IMG/VR virus record: IMGVR_UViG_3300048848_000066
Span: 1-37,821 of that record
Source of the DNA: a virus
Taxonomy: Duplodnaviria > Caudoviricetes
Reading direction: 5' to 3' (one strand)
DNA: 37,821 nucleotides
Under the pieces are notes generated by a model that saw nothing but the letters and a program-made list of their open reading frames with translations, was not told the DNA's origin and searched no databases. Positions 16,549-25,231 of this stretch are shown here, one piece after another (the stretch's first letter is position 1; each line of letters starts with the position of its first letter). The position numbers and the translations under genes are program-made.

Positions 16549-16580
16549 TCAGACTTCCGCATCGATCGAAGGAGCCCACC

Positions 16581-17456
16581 ATGGCCGAATACGTTTACCC
16601 CACCGACTACGCACACACCCCCGGCGACCACGACGGCAGCTTCGACGGCCACCTCGCGCGCGGCTCGGTCAACCCCGGCGTCGACTTCCCGGTCGGTCGC
16701 GGTGCCAACGTTCGCGCGACCCGAGCCGGAAGGGTGCGCGTCGTCTTCGACTCCACCCGAGGCTCTGGCGGTCGCTATGTCGAGCTCGGTCTCGACAACG
16801 GCGTGATCACGCAGGATCTCCACCTCTCGGAAATCCTGGTCACCTCGGGCGAAGAGGTCGAGCAGGGCGAGGTGATCGCGCTTTCGGGCGGATCTGCCAA
16901 CGGCTCCGAGACCGGCGTCGGTGACCACCTCCACCACTCGCACATCGACAAGGGCGTCCGCCGCGACTTCCTGCTCGTGATCGCTGGCGGCGGCTCGGGC
17001 GACGGCTCGAGCGCGGGTTCGGCTGGCGGCTACGACGTGGGCACCATTCAAACCCGCCTCGGCGTTCACGGCTACCCGACCGCGATCGACGGCTCATTCG
17101 GCCCCGACACGATCGCCAAGCTGCGAGGCTTCCAGACTGCGGTCGGCGTCGCCGTCGACGGCATCGTCGGCCCGATCACCTGGGCCAAGCTCAACGAGAC
17201 ACCGGTCACCGCCCCGACGCCCGCACCGGCCCCCGCGCCGAGCTCGCACGCCGTCGTGCAGCGCGGCGACGAGTCCGACACCGTGCGCCACCTGCAGGGG
17301 GTGTTGAACCGGGACTATCCCGCCTACTCATCCCTGACGGTCGACGGCTCATTCGGACCGGCGACCGAGGCCGTCGTGCGCGAGTTTCAGGCCCGCGCCG
17401 GTCTCGTGGTCGACGGCGTTGTCGGCTCGGCCACCTGGGGCGCGCTCGGCGAGTAG
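16581..17456 (+). CDS. Endolysin: M23-type peptidase plus two PG_binding_1 domains
   Basis: PGVDF...G..V.A...G.V, LHLS...V..G..V.QG..IALSG.S, HLH; two DGSFGPxT...FQ...DG.VG..TW repeats. Confidence 0.88.
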   Translation: MAEYVYPTDYAHTPGDHDGSFDGHLARGSVNPGVDFPVGRGANVRATRAGRVRVVFDSTRGSGGRYVELGLDNGVITQDLHLSEILVTSGEEVEQGEVIALSGGSANGSETGVGDHLHHSHIDKGVRRDFLLVIAGGGSGDGSSAGSAGGYDVGTIQTRLGVHGYPTAIDGSFGPDTIAKLRGFQTAVGVAVDGIVGPITWAKLNETPVTAPTPAPAPAPSSHAVVQRGDESDTVRHLQGVLNRDYPAYSSLTVDGSFGPATEAVVREFQARAGLVVDGVVGSATWGALGE

Positions 17457-17596
17457 TCGCCGACGTACTCGGCGAGGCGCGCCCGCAGAACCTCGCTGAG
17501 GTTGTCGCCTCGCTCGCTCGCCTTCGCTTGTGCCGCGTCCCAGAGATCATCCGGGGCGCGGAACGAGCGGAGGGGCGTCTTCGGCTGATTGCTCAC
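17387..17596 (-). CDS. Ribbon-helix-helix DNA-binding protein
   Basis: KTPLRSFRAPDDLWDAAQAKASERGDNLSEVLRARLAEYV; GTGA overlap with the upstream gene. Confidence 0.75.
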   Translation of the reverse strand: MSNQPKTPLRSFRAPDDLWDAAQAKASERGDNLSEVLRARLAEYVGDYSPSAPQVAEPTTPSTTRPARA

Positions 17597-17826
17597 AGCG
17601 CACCCCGCCCGGCGTGCTTGGCACAGTGCAAGCACTCACCCTCGGCCCATGTGTCGAAGAGCTCGCGCAGCTCGCGCCGGGTGGCCTGGACCTCGCAAGT
17701 CTCGCGGTGCTCGATCTCGTGCTTTGCCCAATCCCAGACCTCATTGGTGTAGAGGTCGAGAAGCAGGCCGGACTCTTCGAGTAGTGCCGCGCAACGCTCC
17801 ACGAGGTCGCTGTTGATTTCGATCAT
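17593..17826 (-). CDS. Hypothetical protein (77 aa, C-terminal CxxC)
   Basis: GGAAGG Shine-Dalgarno; middle gene of the reverse cassette. Confidence 0.6.
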   Translation of the reverse strand: MIEINSDLVERCAALLEESGLLLDLYTNEVWDWAKHEIEHRETCEVQATRRELRELFDTWAEGECLHCAKHAGRGAL

Positions 17827-17840
17827 TGTCTTGCCTTCCG

Positions 17841-18035
17841 TTAGTTCGTCGGGGCGAGAAGGTCATCGATCGACACCTTCGCGAAGTAGGTAAGGGCGCG
17901 CGCCTTGTGCGTCCAGTTGATTCGTGCGCTATCGGATCCGATCGCGGCAACCGTGACCATGCGGCCCGCGTGCAGCGTGATCGTTTCGCCATTGCGAGCG
18001 GTGAGCGTTACCGGGGCGGTTGTCGTTGTCTTCAT
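17841..18035 (-). CDS. Hypothetical small beta-rich protein (64 aa)
   Basis: ATG 6 nt after a TAGAGT -10 box, implying a leaderless mRNA. Confidence 0.6.
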   Translation of the reverse strand: MKTTTTAPVTLTARNGETITLHAGRMVTVAAIGSDSARINWTHKARALTYFAKVSIDDLLAPTN

Positions 18036-18041
18036 GCCCTC

Positions 18042-18071
18042 ACTCTAGCGGGTGTATATACACCCGCACAA
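18042..18071 (-). promoter_or_regulatory. Promoter TTGTGC-N18-TAGAGT with a perfect 20-bp palindromic operator in the spacer
   Basis: gcgggtgtatatacacccgc at 18048-18067. Confidence 0.7.
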
Positions 18072-18107
18072 GACCTGATCAGCAGTCCAATTCGGGAGGT
18101 GGAGACC

Positions 18108-18353
18108 ATGCGAGCACCTAAGAAATTCACCGCCCATTCGGTCAAGGCCACGGGCTGGGGATACCACGCGGTCGTGGTCGAGATCGACCGCTTCGCCTAC
18201 GTCTATGTCCGGCACGCCGGGTGGTCGCTCACGAGCGAGACCGCCGAGCGCCGGGCCGTTCGTTGGATCGAGGCACGCCAGGCCCGTGTGGCCTACCTGA
18301 CCGAGCAATTACGGCGCAAGCGCGCACCCCGACCGGAAGCTGGCCCCGAATGA
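18108..18353 (+). CDS. Hypothetical protein (81 aa)
   Basis: GGAGGTGGAG upstream of the ATG; ATGA coupling to the next gene. Confidence 0.6.
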   Translation: MRAPKKFTAHSVKATGWGYHAVVVEIDRFAYVYVRHAGWSLTSETAERRAVRWIEARQARVAYLTEQLRRKRAPRPEAGPE

Positions 18354-18664
18354 CGACACCGACCGCAGAGACCGTCGCAGCGCTTCAGGCGTATGCCCGA
18401 CACCTGGCACGCCCGCCGCTCCCGACGCTCGTGCTGGCAGGCAACGCGACCCAGGCCCGCTTCTGGGCAGACCACGAGGCGCAGATCCCGCCGACGGCGT
18501 GGGTCTATGTCGGAAGCGCCGACGCGCTGCACGGTCGGAACACGGGGGAGCAGCCGCGCGTGCTCGTGGGCAGCTTCCGCGATCGCCACGACTCGGGCCG
18601 GATCCTCGGCGCGCTCACTGTCAGCGACCTTCGACCGGCTCGGCCTGGTGCCGCCAAGTGGTGA
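18350..18664 (+). CDS. Hypothetical protein (104 aa)
   Basis: Coupled on both sides; LVLAGNATQARFWA...YVGSADALHG. Confidence 0.6.
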   Translation: MTTPTAETVAALQAYARHLARPPLPTLVLAGNATQARFWADHEAQIPPTAWVYVGSADALHGRNTGEQPRVLVGSFRDRHDSGRILGALTVSDLRPARPGAAKW

Positions 18665-18969
18665 GCCTCGCCGAGTGGTGCGCCGAGGTGCTGGAGGTCG
18701 AGCTCTTGCCCTGGCAGGCGGCGCTCGTGGACAACTTCATGCCCGCACCCGAGCCCGAGACCATCGACCTCCACGCCGACGCCCGAGGCATCCCCTACGC
18801 GCTCGAACCCATCGACGCGGCGGTGTCGTTCGGCTTCGACTGCACACCGGGCGGCGCGCTCATCGTCCACACCTTCTCGACCTTCGAACGGTGGGGGGTG
18901 CCCTCATGGTCTGACCCGACACTGCGCCGCCCCGCCGACCACCTCGAATGGGCCGCGCCGATTCAATGA
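18661..18969 (+). CDS. Hypothetical protein (102 aa)
   Basis: GTGA coupling; N-terminal EVLEVELLPWQ. Confidence 0.55.
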   Translation: MSLAEWCAEVLEVELLPWQAALVDNFMPAPEPETIDLHADARGIPYALEPIDAAVSFGFDCTPGGALIVHTFSTFERWGVPSWSDPTLRRPADHLEWAAPIQ

Positions 18970-19026
18970 CTGCCGAGGGGCGGGGCCACTTGCCCCGCTT
19001 CTCAGTAGGGCCGCGAAAGAGGATCC

Positions 19027-19317
19027 ATGCCCAACCGAGACAACGGCCCCGACCCTGAGCCGAGCGGGTGGGAGCGTGCGCAGCTCATGGCCGACATATG
19101 CCCGCCTGGTTCGATCTGCCACCTATGCCTCGAGCCCATCATCTTCGGGCTTCGTCGGTGGCATCCCAAGGGGCCGAGCATGGACCACCTGAGACCCCGA
19201 AGCAAGGGGGGCACTTGGGAGCGGCACAACCTGGCTCCAGCTCATTACGGCTGCAACTCAGGCCGAGGCAATCGCGACTTGACACCGAAGCCGAAACGTC
19301 GATCCCGGGCCTGGTAG
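19027..19317 (+). CDS. Terminase-associated HNH endonuclease
   Basis: CHLC...DHLRPRSKGG...NLAPAHYGCN, directly upstream of terS. Confidence 0.88.
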   Translation: MPNRDNGPDPEPSGWERAQLMADICPPGSICHLCLEPIIFGLRRWHPKGPSMDHLRPRSKGGTWERHNLAPAHYGCNSGRGNRDLTPKPKRRSRAW

Positions 19318-19542
19318 GTGGGCGGAATGGGTTTACTCGGTTTTTCTCCACAAACCACCGTGCGGCACCCGCGCCCTTTTCATTTCTCTCTCTCCCCGAA
19401 AGCACGCACGTTCGAATGGGTACAGCTGGGCACAGGAGCCCCGCTCGCCGACGCATTCGCTTTCGAGCAGGCCGGGGGTTGCCCACTTTTCCCGACGGCT
19501 GAGATCGCCGCAGACGGGCAACGCATAGAACGGCGGTGACGT
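19318..19542. other. Probable packaging (cos) region
   Basis: Intergenic stretch between HNH and terS; GC-rich core gcggcacccgcgccc flanked by pyrimidine tracts; gaatgggt occurs twice. Confidence 0.45.
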
Positions 19543-20031
19543 ATGGCCGCTCTTCCCCGGCACGGCTCAACTCGGCGGTACAAGTCGGGTTGCCGCTGCG
19601 GCCCCTGTACCTCTAAGAACACCGCCGACAAGGCACGAGAACGCGAGGCCAAGCGCGAGCGGCTGGGGCTCGCTCCCACGACAAAGAAGCGCGTACCCTC
19701 ACGCCCCACCGCTCCCACTTCGGACCCCACTCACGGCCCCATCGAGTCGGCAGCTCGGGCAGCTCTTCCCGACGACGAAGACAACCCGGTCGCTCGGCTG
19801 CGCCGCGAGGTTGTCTTCGCCGCCGCCCGAATCATGGACGACCGCACGAAGGCGCACCTCTTCTCGGCGCAGTCGAACGTGCTCCGCGTCACCGTGCTCG
19901 ATCTGATCGCGCAGAAACCCCCGAAAGATGGTGAGGCCGATGCCCTACGAGAATTCGTGGAAACGATCGGGAGCTCCCGCAGGAATCGAAACCCGCCCCC
20001 GGTTCATGACCCCGAGAAATCCGGCCCGTGA
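19543..20031 (+). CDS. Terminase small subunit (putative)
   Basis: Position before terL; N-terminal HG...Y..GCRCxxC zinc motif; AARIMD helical core. Confidence 0.7.
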   Translation: MAALPRHGSTRRYKSGCRCGPCTSKNTADKAREREAKRERLGLAPTTKKRVPSRPTAPTSDPTHGPIESAARAALPDDEDNPVARLRREVVFAAARIMDDRTKAHLFSAQSNVLRVTVLDLIAQKPPKDGEADALREFVETIGSSRRNRNPPPVHDPEKSGP

Positions 20032-21490
20032 GTCGATAGGCCACGAGCTCATGGCGACCTCGCGACTACTCGGCAAAGAGCCCATGCCGTGGCAGGCCGA
20101 GGTGTTCGAGGTCGCCTTCGAGCTCGACGCCTTCGGGCTGCTCTGGTATCGCGAGATCGTCATCGTCATTCCCCGCCAATCGGGCAAGTCGACGCTGGTT
20201 ATCCCGTGGGGCGTTCACCGAATGACGACCTGGGGCGAGCGCCAGTTCATGCTTTACACCGCGCAGACCCGAGGCGCGGCCAAGCAGAAGCTGGTCGATG
20301 AGCAGTTCTTCATGATCAACCAGTCGCCCTTCCGGCGTCTTCTCATCCCGAACCGGCAAGGCCGGATCCTCCCGAACCTCTCGCACGGCGAAGAGCGGCT
20401 CGAGTGGGCCAACGGATCCAAATGGCTGATCGACGCGCCGACCGAAACGGCGGCGCACGGCCTGACCCTCGGGCTCGGAGTCGGCGACGAGTTCTTCTCT
20501 CACGCCGACGCTCGGGTCGAAGCGGCCATGTCGCCGACCATGATCACGGTTCCCGACTCGCAAAAGCTCTGGCTTTCCACCGTCGGGAAGACCAAAAAGA
20601 AGAGCCCGTTCATGTGGTCGAAGATGGAAGCCGGGCGCAACCGGGTCGAGTCGGCCCTAGAACTTCGGAAGCTCGGCGCGCCGGATTCGCGAACCCTCTA
20701 CATCGAGTTCTCATTCCCCGAGGACGCCGACTTCCTCGATCGCCTGGTGTGGTGGCAGAACATGCCCGCCCTTGGCTACACGATCAGCGAGGCAGGCGTC
20801 GCCGCTCAGCTCGACTCAATCGGCGAGATCGAGTTCCGCCGAGCGTTCGGCAACCAATGGGCCGACGACCGCCCCGACGACTGGAAGATCCCCGCCGACG
20901 ACTGGTACGAGATCGAGGACGAAGACTCGGAGATAACCGACACCCTCACCTGGGTTATCGACGTTTCACCGGAGCGCACGTTCGCCTCGATCGGCCTTGC
21001 CTCGCAGCGCGACGACGGCCAAATCCATATCGAAGTGATCGAGCATTCCACCGGAACGGGCTGGCTGATCGACGGCGACCCGACGCGCGAGCTTCGCGGA
21101 ATCGCTGCGCTCATCCGAGAGCACGGCGGCGAGCTGTATTACGACCACATGACGGTCGGCGCGCTCGTGCCGGATCTCATCGACGCCGGTCTCGAACCGC
21201 AACCGATCCCGCTGGCGGATATCAAAGTTTCGGCGGCGGCGCTGTTCGACGCGGTGAAGAACCGCAAGGTCGTTCACCTCGGCCAATTCGAGCTGACCGA
21301 CGCGCTCGCCGCCGCCGCAACCCGCAAGATCGGCGACGCCTGGGCCTGGGCGCGCGGCCCATCTATGGCGGATATCACGGCGCTTGTCGCCGTGACTCTC
21401 GCCTTCTGGATGCTGGCAAAGACCCTGCCCGATCTCAACTACGACCCGCTCGCCGCCATGCGCGAGGGCGCGGGCCGCTCCGAGCAATGA
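19928..21490 (+). CDS. terL: Terminase large subunit (start uncertain, 19928-20006)
   Basis: PMPWQ, Walker A IPRQSGKST, Walker B GVGDE, nuclease motifs IDVSPER and DITALVA. Confidence 0.93.
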   Translation: MVRPMPYENSWKRSGAPAGIETRPRFMTPRNPARESIGHELMATSRLLGKEPMPWQAEVFEVAFELDAFGLLWYREIVIVIPRQSGKSTLVIPWGVHRMTTWGERQFMLYTAQTRGAAKQKLVDEQFFMINQSPFRRLLIPNRQGRILPNLSHGEERLEWANGSKWLIDAPTETAAHGLTLGLGVGDEFFSHADARVEAAMSPTMITVPDSQKLWLSTVGKTKKKSPFMWSKMEAGRNRVESALELRKLGAPDSRTLYIEFSFPEDADFLDRLVWWQNMPALGYTISEAGVAAQLDSIGEIEFRRAFGNQWADDRPDDWKIPADDWYEIEDEDSEITDTLTWVIDVSPERTFASIGLASQRDDGQIHIEVIEHSTGTGWLIDGDPTRELRGIAALIREHGGELYYDHMTVGALVPDLIDAGLEPQPIPLADIKVSAAALFDAVKNRKVVHLGQFELTDALAAAATRKIGDAWAWARGPSMADITALVAVTLAFWMLAKTLPDLNYDPLAAMREGAGRSEQ

Positions 21491-21504
21491 CCAAGGAGGT
21501 CGCC

Positions 21505-21684
21505 ATGACCGACGCACAACCGCCCGCCCCGAAGCCGACAGGCCTAACCGCCCTGCAGACGACCGCGATCGACCTCGCGAGCGCTGCGCTGATAGTCGCC
21601 GGGGTGGCGCTCATCTTCATCCCAGCGGCGTTCATCTTGGCGGGTCTCGCCGGGCTCGCGATCAGTTGGAGGGCCACCCGGTGA
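21505..21684 (+). CDS. Small membrane protein preceding the portal
   Basis: AAGGAGG Shine-Dalgarno; LIVAGVALIFIPAAFILAGLAGLAISW. Confidence 0.7.
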   Translation: MTDAQPPAPKPTGLTALQTTAIDLASAALIVAGVALIFIPAAFILAGLAGLAISWRATR

Positions 21685-22865
21685 GCGCATTCTTCGGCAA
21701 GACCGAAACCCGAGGGCTCACCTGGGACGACGTGTTCGGGCGCTCGCCCGGCTCGGTCGGCGTGAGCTTCGCAGGGCGGCACGACGCGGCCCTCGCCGTG
21801 GTGCCCGTCTACGCGGCGGTGTCGCTGATCGCTGACCAGTTCTCAGTGCTCCCGATCTCGTGCTATCAGGGCGGTCTGCTCAACTCCACGAAGATCAAAT
21901 CGCCCGGGTTCATCGACAATCCGAACCCGGCGATTACTCCCATGGATTGGCGCTACCAGCTCGCGGTGTCGCTGAAGCTGCGAGGCAACGCCTACGGCTA
22001 CATCACCGGCAGCGGCGAGCCGCAGAACATCATCTGGATCCACCCCGATCGCGTGCAGGTCAACGAGCGCGGCGGCGAAATTCCCGAGTACGTCATCGGC
22101 GGAAAGCCCGAACACCTCTGGCAGCACGGCGGGCGGATCCTCCACGTTCGCGAGTTCATACAGCCGGGCAGCGTCAAAGGCCTGTCGCCGATCGCGCAGT
22201 TCCGCTCGACGTTCGAAACGTCGGCGGCGGCTAGCAAGTTCGGCCTGGACTACTTCAACAATTCGGCGAACCCGTCGGGTCTTCTGAAGTCGAAGGGGAA
22301 GCTGAAGCCGGGCCAAGCCGCCGAGGCTAAAGATATTTTCATTGCGTCTTCCAAGGGCCACGAGCCGGTTGTGCTCGACTCCGAATGGGACTGGCAGAGC
22401 CTCGCCATTCAACCCGAGGAGGCGCAATTCCTCGCGACGATCAAAGCCTCGGCCACCATGGTCGCCGCAATCTTCCGAGTGCAGCCCGAAGATATCGGCG
22501 GCGAGTCTGGCAACTCGAAGACCTACAGCAACCGCGAGATGGACCAGGAGCTGTTCAACGTGCGGACGCTCTTGCCTCTCACGACTCGGGTGGAGCTCGC
22601 TCTGCGGGTGCTGCTCCCGGACGGGCAGTTCGTGAAATTCAACATGGACGCCCTGAGCCGGCCAAATCTCATCGACCGTTCCAAGGCCAACACGGAGAAC
22701 CTGCGGAACGGATCGAAGACCCTCGCGCAAGTCAGGAAGCAGGAAGACGAACCGCCCCTGACTGAAGCCGAGGTCGCCTTCTGGCAGGCCAACTACCAGA
22801 CGCAGAAGAGCGCCGCCGAGTCGATAAGCGAAGCGGTGTCCACATCAATCACAAAGGAGAGCTAG
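21681..22865 (+). CDS. HK97-family portal protein
   Basis: VYAAVSLIA, LKLRGNAY, GLSPI, EAQFLAT...VAAIFRV motifs. Confidence 0.93.
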   Translation: MSAFFGKTETRGLTWDDVFGRSPGSVGVSFAGRHDAALAVVPVYAAVSLIADQFSVLPISCYQGGLLNSTKIKSPGFIDNPNPAITPMDWRYQLAVSLKLRGNAYGYITGSGEPQNIIWIHPDRVQVNERGGEIPEYVIGGKPEHLWQHGGRILHVREFIQPGSVKGLSPIAQFRSTFETSAAASKFGLDYFNNSANPSGLLKSKGKLKPGQAAEAKDIFIASSKGHEPVVLDSEWDWQSLAIQPEEAQFLATIKASATMVAAIFRVQPEDIGGESGNSKTYSNREMDQELFNVRTLLPLTTRVELALRVLLPDGQFVKFNMDALSRPNLIDRSKANTENLRNGSKTLAQVRKQEDEPPLTEAEVAFWQANYQTQKSAAESISEAVSTSITKES

Positions 22866-23521
22866 TGCCCCCTGATTTCGAACGCCGCTCGCTCGAGCGA
22901 CCTGTTCAACTGCGAGCCGCGCCAGACGGCGCAAGCGGCCCCGGCATCCTCTTCGGATACGGGGCCGTTTTCAATTCCGAGAGCCGAGACCTCGGCGGCT
23001 TCGTGGAGGAAATCGACCCGCTCGCGTTCGGCCCGGTCGGCCCGCTCGACCTGACCGTTCACGGTCGGATCCTCGCGCGGCTCAATCACAGCAACGACCT
23101 GCTGCTCGGCACCTCGGACGCGGGCACGTTGCGCCTGTTCATCGATGACGTTGGTCTCGGCTACGAGATCGACCTGCCCGACACGAGCTATGCCCGCGAC
23201 CTCGCGGTGCTCGCGAAGCGTGGCGACATTCGGCATTCGTCGTTCGCGTTCCGTACTCCACCCGGTGGCGACACCTGGCAGTACGCCGCAGACGACCGGA
23301 TCGTTCGCCGTGTCTTGAACGCCTCGCTGGTCGACGTCGCTCCGGTGGCCGATCCGGCCTATTGGGACGCGACGAGCGCCCTCTCGCGAACGTTCGACCT
23401 CGACGCCATTACGGCGTCCCTCAAACCTGCTCCAACCGGAACCGCGCCCCTCGGGCAGCGGGCGGCGGTGTCGAGCAGAGCCAAAGAAATCCAGCACACA
23501 ATCGAAGGGAGCCGACTATGA
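22865..23521 (+). CDS. HK97-family prohead protease
   Basis: GYGAVFNSES.DLGGFVEEI, NH...LLG, GL.YEIDLP, RGD...SFAF, DV.PV..PAY. Confidence 0.93.
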   Translation: MPPDFERRSLERPVQLRAAPDGASGPGILFGYGAVFNSESRDLGGFVEEIDPLAFGPVGPLDLTVHGRILARLNHSNDLLLGTSDAGTLRLFIDDVGLGYEIDLPDTSYARDLAVLAKRGDIRHSSFAFRTPPGGDTWQYAADDRIVRRVLNASLVDVAPVADPAYWDATSALSRTFDLDAITASLKPAPTGTAPLGQRAAVSSRAKEIQHTIEGSRL

Positions 23522-24726
23522 CGGCCATCAAAGAGAACATCAAGCGCCTGCTCACCGAGCGCGCCAACACCTGGGAGACCACCGGCAAGCCGCTGGTCGA
23601 TATCGCGGCCACCCGCGAGTTCTCGGGCGAAGAGCAGAGCAAGTGGGACGCCGCCGAGCGCGACTTCGGCGCGTTCTCGCAGCGCATCAAGGTGCTCGAG
23701 CTCTCGCTCGATCAGGAGCGCCAGATCTCCGACTTCTCGGCGCTGCTCGCGAGCGACCCCACCATCCGCTCGGCGGTCGAGTCCGAGATTCGTTCGGTGC
23801 TCTCGACCCGCGAGAAGAGCGAGGTCGAGTTCAAGTTCACCGGCAGGGAGATGACCCGCGCACTCTCGGCGGGCGTCGCGGCTGCGGGTGGCAACACGGT
23901 GCCCGCGACCTTCTGGGATCAGCTCATCGTGCCGCTGCGGAACTTCGTGTCGGTGCTCCAGGCCGGTGCCACGCAGATCACGACCGCCTCGGGCGAGACC
24001 ATCACGATGCCCCGCATGTCGGGGTTCGGCGCGTCGGTCAACCCGGTCGCCGAAGCCGCGCAGCTGACCGGCGTCGACCCGACCTTCGATCAGCTCCAGC
24101 TGAAGAGCTACAAGTTCGGCGACTTCAAGGCGCTTTCGCGTGAGCTCGCGCAGGACTCGGCGATCGACATCGAGGCTCTGGTCACCGAGCTCATCGGGCA
24201 GAACATCGGCATCGCCCTGGGGCAGAAGCTCACCACCGGAACCGGTGTCAACCAGACCGCCGGAATCGTGACCGCCGCAACCGTCGGCATCACGGGAGCG
24301 ACGGGCGTCGCGGGTGCCCCGAACTTCGACAACCTCATCGATCTGTTTTACTCGGTCGCCGCGCCCTACCGGGTGAACGGATCCTGGATCGTCGCCGACA
24401 CCGCCCTCGGTGGCCTTCGTAAGCTGAAGGACACCACCGGCCAGTACCTCTGGGTTCCGAGCACGCAGGTCGGCACGCCTGACCTGATCCTCGGTCGCCC
24501 GGTCTTCGGTGACCCGAACCTCGCCGCTCCCGCCCTCGGCGCAAAGCCGATCCTCTTCGGCGACGTGTCGAAGTACTGGGTGCGATTCGTCAACGCCCTG
24601 ACGATCGAGCGTTCCGACCAGGCGCTCTTCGGAACCGACCAGATCGCGTTCCGTGGAATCCTCCGAGCGGACGGCGTTCTCACCGATTCGTCGGCTGTGA
24701 AGGTCTTCCAGGGCGCTGCGTCCTAA
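23518..24726 (+). CDS. HK97-fold major capsid protein with delta domain
   Basis: Coiled-coil N-terminus; GGNTVP, SRELAQDS, LRKLKDTTGQYLW, ILGRPV, FGD motifs. Confidence 0.94.
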   Translation: MTAIKENIKRLLTERANTWETTGKPLVDIAATREFSGEEQSKWDAAERDFGAFSQRIKVLELSLDQERQISDFSALLASDPTIRSAVESEIRSVLSTREKSEVEFKFTGREMTRALSAGVAAAGGNTVPATFWDQLIVPLRNFVSVLQAGATQITTASGETITMPRMSGFGASVNPVAEAAQLTGVDPTFDQLQLKSYKFGDFKALSRELAQDSAIDIEALVTELIGQNIGIALGQKLTTGTGVNQTAGIVTAATVGITGATGVAGAPNFDNLIDLFYSVAAPYRVNGSWIVADTALGGLRKLKDTTGQYLWVPSTQVGTPDLILGRPVFGDPNLAAPALGAKPILFGDVSKYWVRFVNALTIERSDQALFGTDQIAFRGILRADGVLTDSSAVKVFQGAAS

Positions 24727-25121
24727 TGGGCGACGCGAAGACGGAAGCCGCCGAGGCGAAGACCACGGCGGAAGCTGCGGCCAAGAGCGAGCAGGAAGCG
24801 ACGGCGGCGACGAAGGCCGCAGCCGACGCGGCCACGGCGCAGGCCACGCTCGACGCCGCAGCGGCGAAGGCTGAGGCCGACGAGGCGGCGGCGGCGCAGG
24901 CCGCGCTCGCTGCGGCCGAGGCGCAGGCCGCGCACGAGGCCGAGCAGGCGCAGGCCGAGGCGGAAGCGGCGCAGGCGATCGCGAGCTACGTCGTCACCGT
25001 GGCAATCGGCGGATCTCGCAACGGTGTCGCCTGGCCCGAAGTCGGGGAACTCATCGAGCTCCCCGCCTTCGAAGCCGCCGACTACCTGCGCTTCGGGTAC
25101 GTCGCACTACCGCCCGAGTAA
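24726..25121 (+). CDS. Ala-rich head-associated hypothetical protein
   Basis: TAATG coupling; Ala/Glu/Lys coiled region plus C-terminal WPEVGELIELP..EA..YLR.GY. Confidence 0.65.
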   Translation: MGDAKTEAAEAKTTAEAAAKSEQEATAATKAAADAATAQATLDAAAAKAEADEAAAAQAALAAAEAQAAHEAEQAQAEAEAAQAIASYVVTVAIGGSRNGVAWPEVGELIELPAFEAADYLRFGYVALPPE

Positions 25122-25231
25122 GTGGGCGCGGTTGAAACCGCGATAGCCGCACCAAGCGAGAGCGCCACGCCTAACCCGCGTGTCGCTCTCGCCGTGGCCG
25201 CTACCGCCGACACCGAGACAAGGGAGAACAA

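Noticed and set aside
17085-17357. Repeated tcgacggctcattcgg in the endolysin
   Set aside because: Explained by the duplicated peptidoglycan-binding domains
19318-19539. 73-aa ORF between HNH and terS
   Set aside because: No Shine-Dalgarno or recognisable motifs; overlaps the probable cos region
24750-24980. Apparent tandem DNA repeats after the capsid gene
   Set aside because: Low-complexity Ala/Glu/Gln codons of a coiled-coil protein, not a discrete repeat element
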